From: Pedobacter sp.
Lineage (GTDB): Bacteria; Desulfobacterota; Desulfuromonadia; Desulfuromonadales; Syntrophotaleaceae
Length of the DNA stretch: 64,000 bases
Reading direction: 5' to 3'
Assembly (NCBI GenBank): GCA_050253415.1
Contig: JBFWJC010000001.1
Location: 1,224,679 to 1,288,678, forward strand
Part shown: in pieces, positions 21,083 through 31,472 of the stretch
How the letters are laid out: each line of letters opens with the position of its first letter
Numbering within the stretch: the first letter of the stretch is position 1
Made by a program: the position numbers and the translations under genes
The notes under the pieces: generated by a model
What the model was told of the DNA's origin: nothing
Databases searched by the model: none
Seen by the model: only the letters and a program-made list of their open reading frames with translations

Positions 21083-23656
21083 TCAGAACCAGTCGTGCAT
21101 GTCAAAATTGAATCTGGATTCTGTGTCGAGGAAATCCTGAATTTTTTCGGGTACCATCGGTTTGGCAAAATAGTAGCCTTGCATCACATTGCAGCCATGC
21201 GACATGAGAAAAGATAACTGTTGCTGGTTTTCCACACCCTCGGCGATGAGTTTCAGTCCAAGGCTTTGGGCCATGGCAATGGTTGCCCTGGCGATAGCCT
21301 TGTCGCCTTCATCGGTGTCGATGTCCCGAACGAATTCCTGGGCGATTTTGATGCGGTCGATGGGGAGCTTTTTAAGGTAGCTGAGCGAGGAATAACCGGT
21401 GCCGAAGTCATCGATGGAAAATTGAATACCCAGCAGTTTCAGTTCTCTGAGTGCTTCTATCGCCACATCCATGTTTTCCAGAAACACGCTTTCGGTAAGT
21501 TCCAATTCCAGAAGCTGAGGTTGCAGACCCGTTTCTTGTAACGTCTTTTTGATGCGTTGCACAAGGTCGGGCTGGTGAAACTGTTTGGCTGAGAGATTGA
21601 CGGCTATGCGCAGGGGGGGCTGACGGGTCTCCTGCCAGAGGACCGCCTGGCTGCAGGCGGTACGCAGGATCCATTCTCCCAAGGGGCGAATCAGCCCTGT
21701 TTCCTCGGCCAGGGGAATAAACTGTGCGGGCGAAATAAGCCCATCATCAAGACTCTGCCACCGCACCAAGGCTTCCATTCCCGTAACCTTCCCGAGACCG
21801 AGATCGATCTGTGGCTGGTAGACAAGAAACATTTCCCCTTGTTGAAGGGCCCTGCGCAGGTTGATTTCCATACGGTGTCGTTTGTCTGTTTGTTGCGCCA
21901 GTTGGGAGGAAAAAAAGTGATAGTCGTTGCGACCTTTCTTTTTAGCTTCGTACATGGCGGTATCGGCTTGCTTGAGCAGTGTTTCCGGGTCCTGTCCGTC
22001 TTGTGGATAAAGGGCAATGCCGATGCTGGCAGTTGTAATGATTTCGGTATCGCCGATAACGAAGGGTTTTTCGTTTAGTAACCGGAGAATTTTAGTCGTG
22101 ACGATGGTGGTATTCTGAACCTCGTCCAAATCGGTCAGCAGCAGGATGAATTCGTCCCCTCCCCAGCGGGCCAGTGTATCGCAACTGCGAATGGCGTTTC
22201 GCAATCTGTTGGATACTTCCTGAATGAGCCGGTCGCCTTTTGCATGGCCCAGGGTGTCGTTGATATTCTTGAAATTATCCAGGTCAAGCAGCAGAACTGC
22301 CACGAATTTATTCAAACGCCTGGCATGCCCGAGGGCCAGATCCATATGGTCTTTGAGAAGGGTCCTGTTCGGCAGTCCCGTCAAACTATCGAAATACGCC
22401 AAAAGCTTGATCTGTGCCTCGGTTTTCTTTTTATCTGTAATATCGATAGCTGAGGCCATGATGGACAATGGCTTGCCATCCTGGTTTTTTACCACTTGAG
22501 CCTGCAGTTCTATATCGAAACCGGTACCGTCCTTTTTCTTGCCCCTTGATTCGCCATGCCAGACATTCCGTACTTTAAGAGCCTCCAGAATCATCGTGGC
22601 CTTATGGGGGTCCTCCTGGAGATCGATAATGCTTGCACCGAGTAGTTCTGGTTCGGCATCGTAGTTCCACAAATTCAGAGCCGCCTTGTTGGCGTAGTTT
22701 AAATACCCCTGCACATCCGCCATGATCATGGGGGTCAGTGACGCGTCAATGGCCCATTTGGCCAGAAGAAACTGTTGTTGGGTGTTTTTCATGGCCGTGA
22801 CATCGCGGGAGATGGCCAGAACCTCTGTGGGGTCTCCATGACTGTTCCGGGTCGCGATGTTGGCGGTTATCAGAAAACAGCGCTCTTTGCCCTGAGCGTC
22901 GAGCATCAGGTTTTCACTGCTGTGCACATGTCCGTCTTGAAAGGCTTTGACTGCATGGCAGAACGGTTCGCATGGGGTGGGACTGCGATGCAGGGCTGTG
23001 TAGCATTTTTTTCCTACCAAATCATTTCCGAACATTTTTTTTGCTATATCGTTGGCCCAGGTAATGTTCAACTCCGGGTCCACCATGTGGATCGGGTCGC
23101 CGATGCTCTGCAGCATGGCATTGAGTGTTCCTTCTCTCTGACTCAAGGCCTGCAGGGTCTTTCGGTAGCGGATGACAAGCCAGCTCAGGGCGCAGGAAAG
23201 ACCGATGAAGATGCCGGTAATGGTCAGGATTATCGCAGCATGCTGATTATATTCTGAGGAATTGGGCATTTGGTTGCCAGTTGCGGCGGCAGAAGGAAGT
23301 TGTTGTCGAGCGACGTGAAATGCTCGCAAGGTATTGTCGCTAGAGGTCAAACCGAAACCAGAGGGAGTTCCTTCGTGTTTTGGAAAGGAGGAATATCCAA
23401 TCCGGAAGGATTCGTTGATCACCATATGGGGGTAATGGTGGAAAAGGTTTTCCCTGCGCGTATTCGCAGCGGGAACCGCCATCCTGGGAACTGAGCCGCT
23501 GCCGATTTTTAGACTGTCGGTCCATGCGTCGTAACGGAGTAAGGGCTGCGTGTATTTCGCTACGCAGGGGGGCGCGCACACCAGTCCCCACGCCAACATT
23601 GCAAGGCTGGTTATGCGAAGAAGTTGCCATGGATGGGAAAATGTTTTTTTGATCAT
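21083..23656 (-). CDS. Membrane PAS-PAS-GGDEF-EAL protein
   Basis: TM segment, two PAS-like regions, RWGGDEF, MEALVRW, DDFGTGYSS. Confidence 0.88.
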   Translation of the reverse strand: MIKKTFSHPWQLLRITSLAMLAWGLVCAPPCVAKYTQPLLRYDAWTDSLKIGSGSVPRMAVPAANTRRENLFHHYPHMVINESFRIGYSSFPKHEGTPSGFGLTSSDNTLRAFHVARQQLPSAAATGNQMPNSSEYNQHAAIILTITGIFIGLSCALSWLVIRYRKTLQALSQREGTLNAMLQSIGDPIHMVDPELNITWANDIAKKMFGNDLVGKKCYTALHRSPTPCEPFCHAVKAFQDGHVHSSENLMLDAQGKERCFLITANIATRNSHGDPTEVLAISRDVTAMKNTQQQFLLAKWAIDASLTPMIMADVQGYLNYANKAALNLWNYDAEPELLGASIIDLQEDPHKATMILEALKVRNVWHGESRGKKKDGTGFDIELQAQVVKNQDGKPLSIMASAIDITDKKKTEAQIKLLAYFDSLTGLPNRTLLKDHMDLALGHARRLNKFVAVLLLDLDNFKNINDTLGHAKGDRLIQEVSNRLRNAIRSCDTLARWGGDEFILLLTDLDEVQNTTIVTTKILRLLNEKPFVIGDTEIITTASIGIALYPQDGQDPETLLKQADTAMYEAKKKGRNDYHFFSSQLAQQTDKRHRMEINLRRALQQGEMFLVYQPQIDLGLGKVTGMEALVRWQSLDDGLISPAQFIPLAEETGLIRPLGEWILRTACSQAVLWQETRQPPLRIAVNLSAKQFHQPDLVQRIKKTLQETGLQPQLLELELTESVFLENMDVAIEALRELKLLGIQFSIDDFGTGYSSLSYLKKLPIDRIKIAQEFVRDIDTDEGDKAIARATIAMAQSLGLKLIAEGVENQQQLSFLMSHGCNVMQGYYFAKPMVPEKIQDFLDTESRFNFDMHDWF

Positions 23657-23990
23657 TATTTTATGCTAGTTCACATTTGTTAATATGCAACAGTCTTTCC
23701 ATCGTTGATTCAATCTTTTGTGACAGGACTTTTCTGGACTCATTCGATGGACTGAATTGCATGCATGGTGCATTCATTTATTGTGGAAAAACTACAAAGC
23801 GTAGTGCTCATCTTTCCGAGGCATGTGCCGTGCTTTGCGCCACACGCGCAACAGTGAGAGACTGCTCTGGTTTTTCCGGATAGGGTCCGGATGAGGCTGC
23901 CGAAATTCGGAGTATAATTCTGGAACAGGGTGAAACAGCGGTAAAAGGGGTGCGCGTGATATCTGAGCTACATGGAAAATGGGAGGTATG

Positions 23991-25007
23991 ATGAACAAAA
24001 GACGGGTAGCGCTGCTGCTCCTGGTCCTATTGATTTCAGTAGGTCTGGGCGCATGGTTGCTACGCAAATCCTCGGGCCATGGTGGTGCGTTGGTGCTTTA
24101 CGGCAATGTCGATATCCGCAAGGTAGATCTTGCGTTTCGGGTCAGTGGCCGGGTTGCTGATGTACTCTTCGAAGAGGGCGACCTTGTAAAGCCTGGGCAG
24201 GTGGTGGCTTACCTTGATGATACCCCTTATCGCGACGAAGTAAGTCTTGCGGCGGCACGCCAAAGCCAGGCTGCGGCACAGTGGGAGAAGATGAAAGCCG
24301 GCAGTCGCCCACAAGAAATTGCCCAGGCTGAAGCGTTGGTTGCGGAACGGCAGGCTACCCTGCATAACTTGCAGTTGGAATACCGCCGCAGTAAAAATCT
24401 GGTTGGCAGCGGTGCAATTTCGAAGCAGGCATTTGATAATGCCACGGCTCGCTTGCAGGAAGGCCAGGCAAGATTGGCCACCGCGCAACAGGGGCTGCGT
24501 CTGGCCCGCGATGGTTTCCGCGCCGAAGATGTCGCAGCCGCCCACGCAAATTTTGAAGCCGCTGAGGCGAGTTTGGCCAGTGCGCGTACACGTTTGGCCG
24601 ATACCGAAATAAAGGCGCCTGCAGCAGGGACTATCCTCACCCGGGTGGAGGAGCCAGGGGCTATCGTGCAGGCCGGTCAGACCGTGGCGATCCTGTCTCT
24701 GGTCGACCCCGTGTGGGTCAGGGCTTATGTGGAAGAGCCGGATCTCGGCCGCATCCGGCCGGGCATGACCGCCGAAGTTTTCACCGACACCGATCCGGGC
24801 AAACCTTACCGCGGACATGTCGGGTTCATCTCGCCGGAAGCGGAATTCACCCCTAAGGCAGTACAGACGGAAGAGTTGCGTACCCGCCTGGTTTTTCAGC
24901 TGCGGATTATCGTGGATAATCCGGACCAGAGGTTGCGGCAGGGCATGCCGGTTACCGTTCGCCTAAGGGAAACGGAGCCCCAACCAGTGAAGCCGGGTGA
25001 CGCGTGA
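23991..25007 (+). CDS. HlyD-family periplasmic adaptor (YbhG-like)
   Basis: LYGNVDIR, coiled coil, FISPEAEFTPKAVQTEELRT. Confidence 0.88.
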   Translation: MNKRRVALLLLVLLISVGLGAWLLRKSSGHGGALVLYGNVDIRKVDLAFRVSGRVADVLFEEGDLVKPGQVVAYLDDTPYRDEVSLAAARQSQAAAQWEKMKAGSRPQEIAQAEALVAERQATLHNLQLEYRRSKNLVGSGAISKQAFDNATARLQEGQARLATAQQGLRLARDGFRAEDVAAAHANFEAAEASLASARTRLADTEIKAPAAGTILTRVEEPGAIVQAGQTVAILSLVDPVWVRAYVEEPDLGRIRPGMTAEVFTDTDPGKPYRGHVGFISPEAEFTPKAVQTEELRTRLVFQLRIIVDNPDQRLRQGMPVTVRLRETEPQPVKPGDA

Positions 25008-26740
25008 TAACCGAAGCGGTAACGCTCCGGAAATTGCAGTATCGATTTGCCAAGGATCAGCCTGCGGCCGTCGATGAGGTGTCGGCAGTGATCCGCACCG
25101 GCCGCATCACCGGCCTGGTGGGACCGGATGGCGCCGGGAAAACTACCTTGCTGCGCCTGATGGCAGGGCTGTTGTTGCCGACTTCCGGAACGATCCGGGT
25201 GTTCGATCAGGATACATGCGGTGCCGGGGATAAATTGTCGCGGTTGTTGGGTTACATGCCCCAGAGGTTTGGCCTGTATGAGGACCTGACCGTACGGCAA
25301 AATCTGCGGTTGTATGCCGATCTGCAGGGGGTTGTCGGTGAGGAACGGACAACTGCTTTCAGCCGCTTGTTGGCGTTTACCGCACTCGCCCCCTTTCAGG
25401 AACGCCTGGCCGGACGTCTGTCCGGTGGTATGAAACAGAAACTGGGGCTTGCTTGCGCTCTGCTGCGCAAACCCCGCCTGTTGTTGCTGGATGAGCCGAG
25501 TGTAGGGGTCGATCCGGTCAGCCGCCGTGAGTTGTGGCGCATGGTTCAGGAATTGGTCGATGAAACCACGGCGGTGGTGTGGTCCACCGCTTACCTGGAT
25601 GAAGCGGAAAAGTGCCACGACATCCTGTTGCTCAACGAGGGGCGGCTGCTGCACGCCGGAGCGCCGGCATCTCTAACCGACGCGATGGCGGGGCGCTGTT
25701 TCCAACTCATGGATATCACCGGCAGCCGTCGCCAGGTGCTGGCTGCAGCGCTGAGGCGGGATGACGTGCAGGACGGTATCATCCAGGGACGCAGCGTTCG
25801 CCTGATAACAGCCAAAGGGGAAACGAAAAGCGGCCTCAATGATTTTGCCGGCGCTGCGGGGGGACGTCTGCAAGAGGTTGCTCCACGTTTCGAGGATGCG
25901 TTTGTGGATATCCTCGGCGGTGGTCCGGGTGGCGATTCTGCGCTTGCCGCCGTTATGGCACCGGTCGCGGAAGATATCCATATTGCTGTCGAGGCCGACG
26001 GACTGACCAAAAAATTCGGTGAATTTACGGCTGCCCGGAATGTTTCATTTGCCATCAACAGAGGGCAAATTTTTGGTCTTCTGGGTCCCAACGGCGCGGG
26101 CAAATCAACCATTTTCAAGATGATGTGCGGCCTGCTGCGCCCCACAGCGGGGCAGGGTCGGGTGGTTGGATTTGATCTGCAGAAGGCATCCGGTCAGGCG
26201 CGGTCCCGACTGGGATATATGGCGCAGAAATTTTCCCTGTATGGCGATCTGTCCGCCCGCCAGAATCTTGATTTTTTCTCCGGCATCTACGGCCTGACGG
26301 GCGTTCGACAACGTCGCACCGTGGAACGCATGATCGGTACCTTCAACCTCGAACCGTTTCTGGCAACTTCCGCGCGGGAATTACCACTGGGTTTCAAACA
26401 ACGACTGGCCCTGGCCTGCGCGGTCATGCACGAGCCTGCGGTATTGTTTCTCGATGAACCGACTTCCGGGGTCGACCCCCTGACCCGCAGGGAGTTCTGG
26501 ACCCATATCAACGGTCTGGTGGAGCGTGGCGTTACGATTCTGGTGACGACCCATTTTATGGACGAGGCGGAATATTGTGATCGTATCGCCCTTATTTACA
26601 AGGGGCAGCTTATCTCTACGGCGCCACCCGATGGACTGAAGCAAGAGGCCAGTTCGGAGAAGTTGCCCGATCCAACCCTTGAGGATGCCTTTATCACACT
26701 GATAGAGCGCTGGGATGCTCGTGAGGGGGAGGAATCATGA
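25004..26740 (+). CDS. ABC transporter with duplicated ATPase (YbhF-like)
   Basis: GPDGAGKT / LSGGMKQK and GPNGAGKS / LPLGFKQR. Confidence 0.9.
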   Translation: MITEAVTLRKLQYRFAKDQPAAVDEVSAVIRTGRITGLVGPDGAGKTTLLRLMAGLLLPTSGTIRVFDQDTCGAGDKLSRLLGYMPQRFGLYEDLTVRQNLRLYADLQGVVGEERTTAFSRLLAFTALAPFQERLAGRLSGGMKQKLGLACALLRKPRLLLLDEPSVGVDPVSRRELWRMVQELVDETTAVVWSTAYLDEAEKCHDILLLNEGRLLHAGAPASLTDAMAGRCFQLMDITGSRRQVLAAALRRDDVQDGIIQGRSVRLITAKGETKSGLNDFAGAAGGRLQEVAPRFEDAFVDILGGGPGGDSALAAVMAPVAEDIHIAVEADGLTKKFGEFTAARNVSFAINRGQIFGLLGPNGAGKSTIFKMMCGLLRPTAGQGRVVGFDLQKASGQARSRLGYMAQKFSLYGDLSARQNLDFFSGIYGLTGVRQRRTVERMIGTFNLEPFLATSARELPLGFKQRLALACAVMHEPAVLFLDEPTSGVDPLTRREFWTHINGLVERGVTILVTTHFMDEAEYCDRIALIYKGQLISTAPPDGLKQEASSEKLPDPTLEDAFITLIERWDAREGEES

Positions 26741-27858
26741 ACGCCCCCCTGCGGCGAATCAAAGCTCTGATTATCAAGGAATTCACCCAGGTGCTGCGGG
26801 ATCCGAGCAGCTTGCTTATTGCTTTTGTGCTGCCTTTGATTTTGCTGTTTCTGTTTGGTTTCGGTGTGTCGCTGGATGCCCGTCGAATCCATATCGGTGT
26901 AGCGGTGCAGGATATGGGGACTCCGGCCCGTGGACTGACATCGGCGTTTTTGGCCAGTCCCTACTTCGAAACGCAGGTGGGCAAGGACCCCCGCCCCTTT
27001 GAACAGCAACTGCTGGCCGGCCATGTTCGGGGCATGGTGGTGATCCCTCAGGACTTCAGCCGGCGTCTGGCCGGGGGCGGTGAAGCCGCGGTGCAGGTCA
27101 TAGCGGATGGCAGCGAGACCAATACCGCCAACTATGTGCAGAATTATGCCCAGGGCGTGGTGTCGGTATGGGGACAGCAGCAGAGGGAAAAAGAGGGGGG
27201 CGATGACAGTTTCGAGCCGCAACTGGTCTCGCGCATATGGTTCAATCCCGAATTGGAAAGTCGCAACTCCCTGATTCCGGGGGCGGTGGCGATCATCATG
27301 GCCATTATCGGTACCCTGCTGACGGCCCTGGTGGTATCCCGCGAGTGGGAGCGTGGTACCATGGAGGCTCTTATGGCTACTCCCGTAGGCATGGTCGAAC
27401 TGTTGGCCGGCAAGCTGGTACCCTATTTTATCCTTGGCCTGCTGGCGATGCTGGGCAGCGTGACCATCGCCGTCTGGCTGTTCCATGTCCCGTATCGCGG
27501 TTCCGTGGTAGCCCTGCTGCTGACCTCCAGCGCCTTTTTGCTGGCCGCCCTGGGCCAGGGGTTGCTTATATCCACTCTCGCCAAAAATCAGTTTATCGCG
27601 GCGCAGGCCGCCTTGATCACCGGTTTTTTGCCGGCCTTTCTGCTTTCCGGTTTTGTGTTTGAAATCGCGTCCATGCCTTTGCCGATCCGTATTTTGACCC
27701 GCATTGTACCGGCCCGTTATCTGGTGACCAATCTCCAGACCTTGTTTCTGGTTGGGGATGTATGGGGATTGCTCTGGACCAACACCATGATTCTGTTGCT
27801 GCTGGCCGGTATTCTCTTTCTGCTGACGGCAAAAAAGACCGTCAAGCGCCTGAGGTAG
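26737..27858 (+). CDS. ABC-2 permease (YbhS-like)
   Basis: WFNPELES, REWERGTMEALM, multiple TM segments. Confidence 0.88.
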   Translation: MNAPLRRIKALIIKEFTQVLRDPSSLLIAFVLPLILLFLFGFGVSLDARRIHIGVAVQDMGTPARGLTSAFLASPYFETQVGKDPRPFEQQLLAGHVRGMVVIPQDFSRRLAGGGEAAVQVIADGSETNTANYVQNYAQGVVSVWGQQQREKEGGDDSFEPQLVSRIWFNPELESRNSLIPGAVAIIMAIIGTLLTALVVSREWERGTMEALMATPVGMVELLAGKLVPYFILGLLAMLGSVTIAVWLFHVPYRGSVVALLLTSSAFLLAALGQGLLISTLAKNQFIAAQAALITGFLPAFLLSGFVFEIASMPLPIRILTRIVPARYLVTNLQTLFLVGDVWGLLWTNTMILLLLAGILFLLTAKKTVKRLR

Positions 27859-27864
27859 ATACGC

Positions 27865-28968
27865 GTGTTTGGTCGCATCCGTACCCTGATGATCAAGGAA
27901 TTGCTCGCCATTCTGCGGGATAAGAAGAGCCGCTTTATTCTCATTATCCCGCCGCTGGTGCAGCTGTTCGTATTTTCCTTCGCTGCCACCCAGGAGGCCC
28001 GCAACCTGAGTCTGGCGGTCCTCAACCAGGATCGTGGCCATGCTGCCCTGCATCTGCAGGAACGTTTCGTTGCGGCACGTACCTTCAGTCGGGTCATTTA
28101 TCTACACCATCCGGCCGAGGTGGTCACGGTTATCGAGAACCAGCAGGCCATAGCGGTGTTATGGATTCCGGTTGATTTTTCCGCCGATCTGGCAAGCGGT
28201 CGCAGGGCGCAGGCCAGTTTTATCCTCGATGGTCGTAAAACCAATGCCGCCCAGATCGTACAGGGCTATGCAACCCGCATTATGAACGCTTTTGTGGCTG
28301 GTGAGTCAGGGGATAAAAAGGGTGCGAGGGTCCGTCTTGAGGTCCGCAACTGGTTTAACCCCAATCTCGAATTCAAGTGGTTCACCGTGCCGAGCCTGGT
28401 TTGCATTCTCACTACCCTCATCGGACTGCTGGTGACAGGGCTTTCTGTGGCGCGGGAACGGGAAATGGGCACTTTCGATCAACTGATGGTATCGCCTTTG
28501 CATGCCCTGGAGATACTTGCCGGCAAGGCGGTGCCCGCCTTGCTGGTCGCAGTCCTCGAAGGAACCCTCATCGTGCTGGCGGCAGTTCTGGTGTTGGGGG
28601 TGCCGCTCAACGGCTCGTTATTGTTGCTGTATGCCGGGATGACGGTTTTTCTGGCGGCTATCATCGGCGTCGGATTGTTTATTTCATCTCTTTCCATTAC
28701 CCAGCAACAGGCGGTGCTGGGAGCCTTCATGTTCATGGTGCCGGCCGTGATCCTGTCCGGATTCGCCAGTCCCATCGAAAACATGCCGGACTGGCTGCAG
28801 TCCGTCACTTTGGGAAACCCGCTGCGCTATTTCATGACCATCGTTCGGGGAGTGTTCCTGAAGGATATTTCGCCCGCCATGGTCTGGGACCAGACCTGGC
28901 CCATGGCAATCATCGCCGCGTGTACCCTGTCGGCAGCGACCTGGCTGTTTAAAAAAAGGATGGAATAG
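27865..28968 (+). CDS. ABC-2 permease (YbhR-like)
   Basis: NWFNPNL, AREREMGTFDQL, SPIENMP. Confidence 0.88.
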   Translation: MFGRIRTLMIKELLAILRDKKSRFILIIPPLVQLFVFSFAATQEARNLSLAVLNQDRGHAALHLQERFVAARTFSRVIYLHHPAEVVTVIENQQAIAVLWIPVDFSADLASGRRAQASFILDGRKTNAAQIVQGYATRIMNAFVAGESGDKKGARVRLEVRNWFNPNLEFKWFTVPSLVCILTTLIGLLVTGLSVAREREMGTFDQLMVSPLHALEILAGKAVPALLVAVLEGTLIVLAAVLVLGVPLNGSLLLLYAGMTVFLAAIIGVGLFISSLSITQQQAVLGAFMFMVPAVILSGFASPIENMPDWLQSVTLGNPLRYFMTIVRGVFLKDISPAMVWDQTWPMAIIAACTLSAATWLFKKRME

Positions 28969-28980
28969 AGGGGCAGGTTC

Positions 28981-29110
28981 AAGCTGTAAGTTGTAAGCTG
29001 TAAGCTGTAAGCTGGGAGCTGGGAGCTGGGAGCTGGGAGCAAGTGACAAGTGACCAACTAATTGCTAATCACCAATAACTAGTCACTAGTCACTGATTGC
29101 CACTAATCAC
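28981..29110. repeat. Composite heptamer array (AAGCTGT, GAGCTGG, AAGTGAC, ACTAATN/GTCACTA units) between convergent genes
   Basis: Read directly; same module order as 10532-10733. Confidence 0.9.
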
Positions 29111-30759
29111 TGTTCAGCAAGATACTTTGCCCGCAACGCCTTCTTGTCGGTCTTGCCGACGCTGGTTTTGTCGATGGCCTCGACGAATCGGATGCGGGTC
29201 AGCAGGGCATATTTGGAGAGGATGCCTTTGTCGACAAAGTCGCGCAGGTAGGCAAGCAGCTTCTTTTCCGAAACATCCTTGCCCGGTTCCGGTTTGAGAA
29301 CCGTCAGTGCCAGGGGCAGTTCGCCCCATTTGGCGTCCGCCCGGCCGATGACGGCCGTTTCCTGTACTGCCGGGTGATGGCACAGAACATCCTCTAGTTC
29401 CAGAGATGACACCCATTCTCCTCCGACTTTGATGATGTCCTTGGTGCGGTCGCTGATTTTCAGATAGCCGCGACTGTCCCGGCTGGCCACGTCGCCGGTA
29501 TGCAGATATCCGCCCCGCCACAAGTTTTCTGAATTTTTATGATCCTTCAGGTAGCTCTGGGTCAGCCACGGCGCCCGCACCACGATTTCTCCAACGCTGC
29601 GGCCGTCGTTCGGTACCTGCTGCATCTGTTCATCGACCAATTGTACATCGACCAGTGGCAGAGGTCTGCCGGTTTTGCAGCGGATGTCGATCTGTTCTTC
29701 GCGGCTGAGATTTTTCATGTCCGGTGACAGGTGCGCCAGCGTCAAAATCGGACAGGTTTCCGACATGCCGTACCCGGTAAAAATATCGATGCCACGTTGC
29801 AATGCAGCCAGGCACAGGGCACGTGGCAGGGCCGAGCCGCCGATAATGACCTTCCACTGGGATAGATCGACCCTTTCGGCCAGAGGATGGCTTAGCAGCA
29901 TGTGCAGGATGGTCGGCACGCAATGGGAGAAGGTAACCCCTTCACTGTCAATGAGTTTGAGCAGCGCTTCGGGCGTGTAGCGGCCGGGATAGACCTGTTT
30001 GACCCCCAACGCTGTCGCTACGTAAGGCAATCCCCAGGCATGCACATGAAACATCGGTGTCAGCGGCATGTACACATCGCCCTGATGCAGGTTGCCGTGC
30101 CCGGCGGTACCCAGGGCAGCCATGGCGGTCAGGGTGTGCAACACCAGCTGTCGGTGGCTGAAACTGACGCCTTTGGGCATCCCGGTGGTGCCGGTGGTAA
30201 AGAAGGTCGTGGCGCGGGTATTCTCATCAAAGTCGGGGAAATCGCAAAGTGGCGGGCAGGCTCGCAGCATGCTTTCGTATTCGGCGACAAATTCGATGCC
30301 GGTGGCAGGGGCGGCGTCATCCTCGTTGATAAGAACGAATTTCTTAACCGTATCAATGCGGCCCTTGATCGGTTCCAGCAATGGCAGGAAGTCGCTGTGC
30401 ACCAGCAGTGCATCGTCTTCGGCATGCTCGATGGTGTAGAGCATCTGCTCGGGTGACAGGCGTACGTTGATGGTATGCAGCACGGCCCCGAGCATCGGCA
30501 CGGCGAAAAAGCATTCGAGGTAGCGGTGGCTGTCGTAATCCATAACCGCCACCGTATCGCCGGCCTTGACGCCCAATGCTTTGAGCGCATTGGCCAAACG
30601 GGCGATGCGTTCTTGCAGTTCGGGGTAGGAGAGTTGCAGGCGGTCGCGGTAGACGATGCTGTTGCCGGAGTTCGCCGCAGCCGAATGGTTCAGCAGGTGC
30701 TTGATCAGCAGGGGGGAACTGTAGGCTGAATCAGTGCGATCGATCAGGTGGTCGTGCAT
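29107..30759 (-). CDS. Fatty-acid/acyl-CoA ligase (AlkK/DmdB-like)
   Basis: TTGTTGMPKG, GYGMSET, HTGD, DRTKDIIKVGGE, KTSVGK. Confidence 0.88.
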   Translation of the reverse strand: MHDHLIDRTDSAYSSPLLIKHLLNHSAAANSGNSIVYRDRLQLSYPELQERIARLANALKALGVKAGDTVAVMDYDSHRYLECFFAVPMLGAVLHTINVRLSPEQMLYTIEHAEDDALLVHSDFLPLLEPIKGRIDTVKKFVLINEDDAAPATGIEFVAEYESMLRACPPLCDFPDFDENTRATTFFTTGTTGMPKGVSFSHRQLVLHTLTAMAALGTAGHGNLHQGDVYMPLTPMFHVHAWGLPYVATALGVKQVYPGRYTPEALLKLIDSEGVTFSHCVPTILHMLLSHPLAERVDLSQWKVIIGGSALPRALCLAALQRGIDIFTGYGMSETCPILTLAHLSPDMKNLSREEQIDIRCKTGRPLPLVDVQLVDEQMQQVPNDGRSVGEIVVRAPWLTQSYLKDHKNSENLWRGGYLHTGDVASRDSRGYLKISDRTKDIIKVGGEWVSSLELEDVLCHHPAVQETAVIGRADAKWGELPLALTVLKPEPGKDVSEKKLLAYLRDFVDKGILSKYALLTRIRFVEAIDKTSVGKTDKKALRAKYLAEQ

Positions 30760-30818
30760 GGCAGATTCACCTTTTGCTGAAGGATTGATACGAGTACGGC
30801 AGATGTTTTCGGTATCTT

Positions 30819-31469
30819 TCAGACGAGACGCCCGTCCTCCATATGGATAATGGTACTGTTCAGCCGTTTCGGTTGGTCCGGGGAGTGGGTAGCCTGGATG
30901 ATGGTCATGCCCTGTTCGACCAAGGTCGGCATCAACTGATCAAAGGCTTCAATACTGGCGCGGTCCATGTTGGAGGTCGGTTCATCCAGTAACAGTAAAC
31001 GAGGTTGTAGTACCAGGGCCCTGGCTATAGCTACCCGCTGTTGTTCTCCGCCGGAAAGTTCGCGGGCGTTGCGCCGACCGAAGCCTGAAAGTCCTACCAG
31101 CTCAAGGGTTGCGTGTGTCAGGCGATGTTGCTCCTTGCTGTCGATACCCCGGATCTTGAGACCGTAAGCCACATTATGTCGCACCGAGCGGTTAAGCAGA
31201 TAGGGCGACTGATGCACCAGAGTTATATGCTGGCGCAGGAGTTGTAAATTTTTCTTTTTCCACAAGACCTGTTCGCCATCAAGCAAAAGATGCCCATAGG
31301 TCGGTTTGAGCAATAAGGAGGCGATTTGCAGCAGGGTGCTTTTACCGCAACCGTTGGACCCGATCAGCGAATAAAGATGCTGTGGTAGAAAGTCAAGCTC
31401 ATTGATCTGCAAAGCCAAATGGCTGTTGTAACGCATTTCGATGGAACGCAGCGATAGGATAGGCTTCAC
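30819..31469 (-). CDS. tupC: Tungstate-type ABC transporter ATPase
   Basis: GSNGCGKS, LSGGEQQR; directly downstream of TupB-like permease. Confidence 0.7.
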   Translation of the reverse strand: MKPILSLRSIEMRYNSHLALQINELDFLPQHLYSLIGSNGCGKSTLLQIASLLLKPTYGHLLLDGEQVLWKKKNLQLLRQHITLVHQSPYLLNRSVRHNVAYGLKIRGIDSKEQHRLTHATLELVGLSGFGRRNARELSGGEQQRVAIARALVLQPRLLLLDEPTSNMDRASIEAFDQLMPTLVEQGMTIIQATHSPDQPKRLNSTIIHMEDGRLV

Positions 31470-31472
31470 GGC

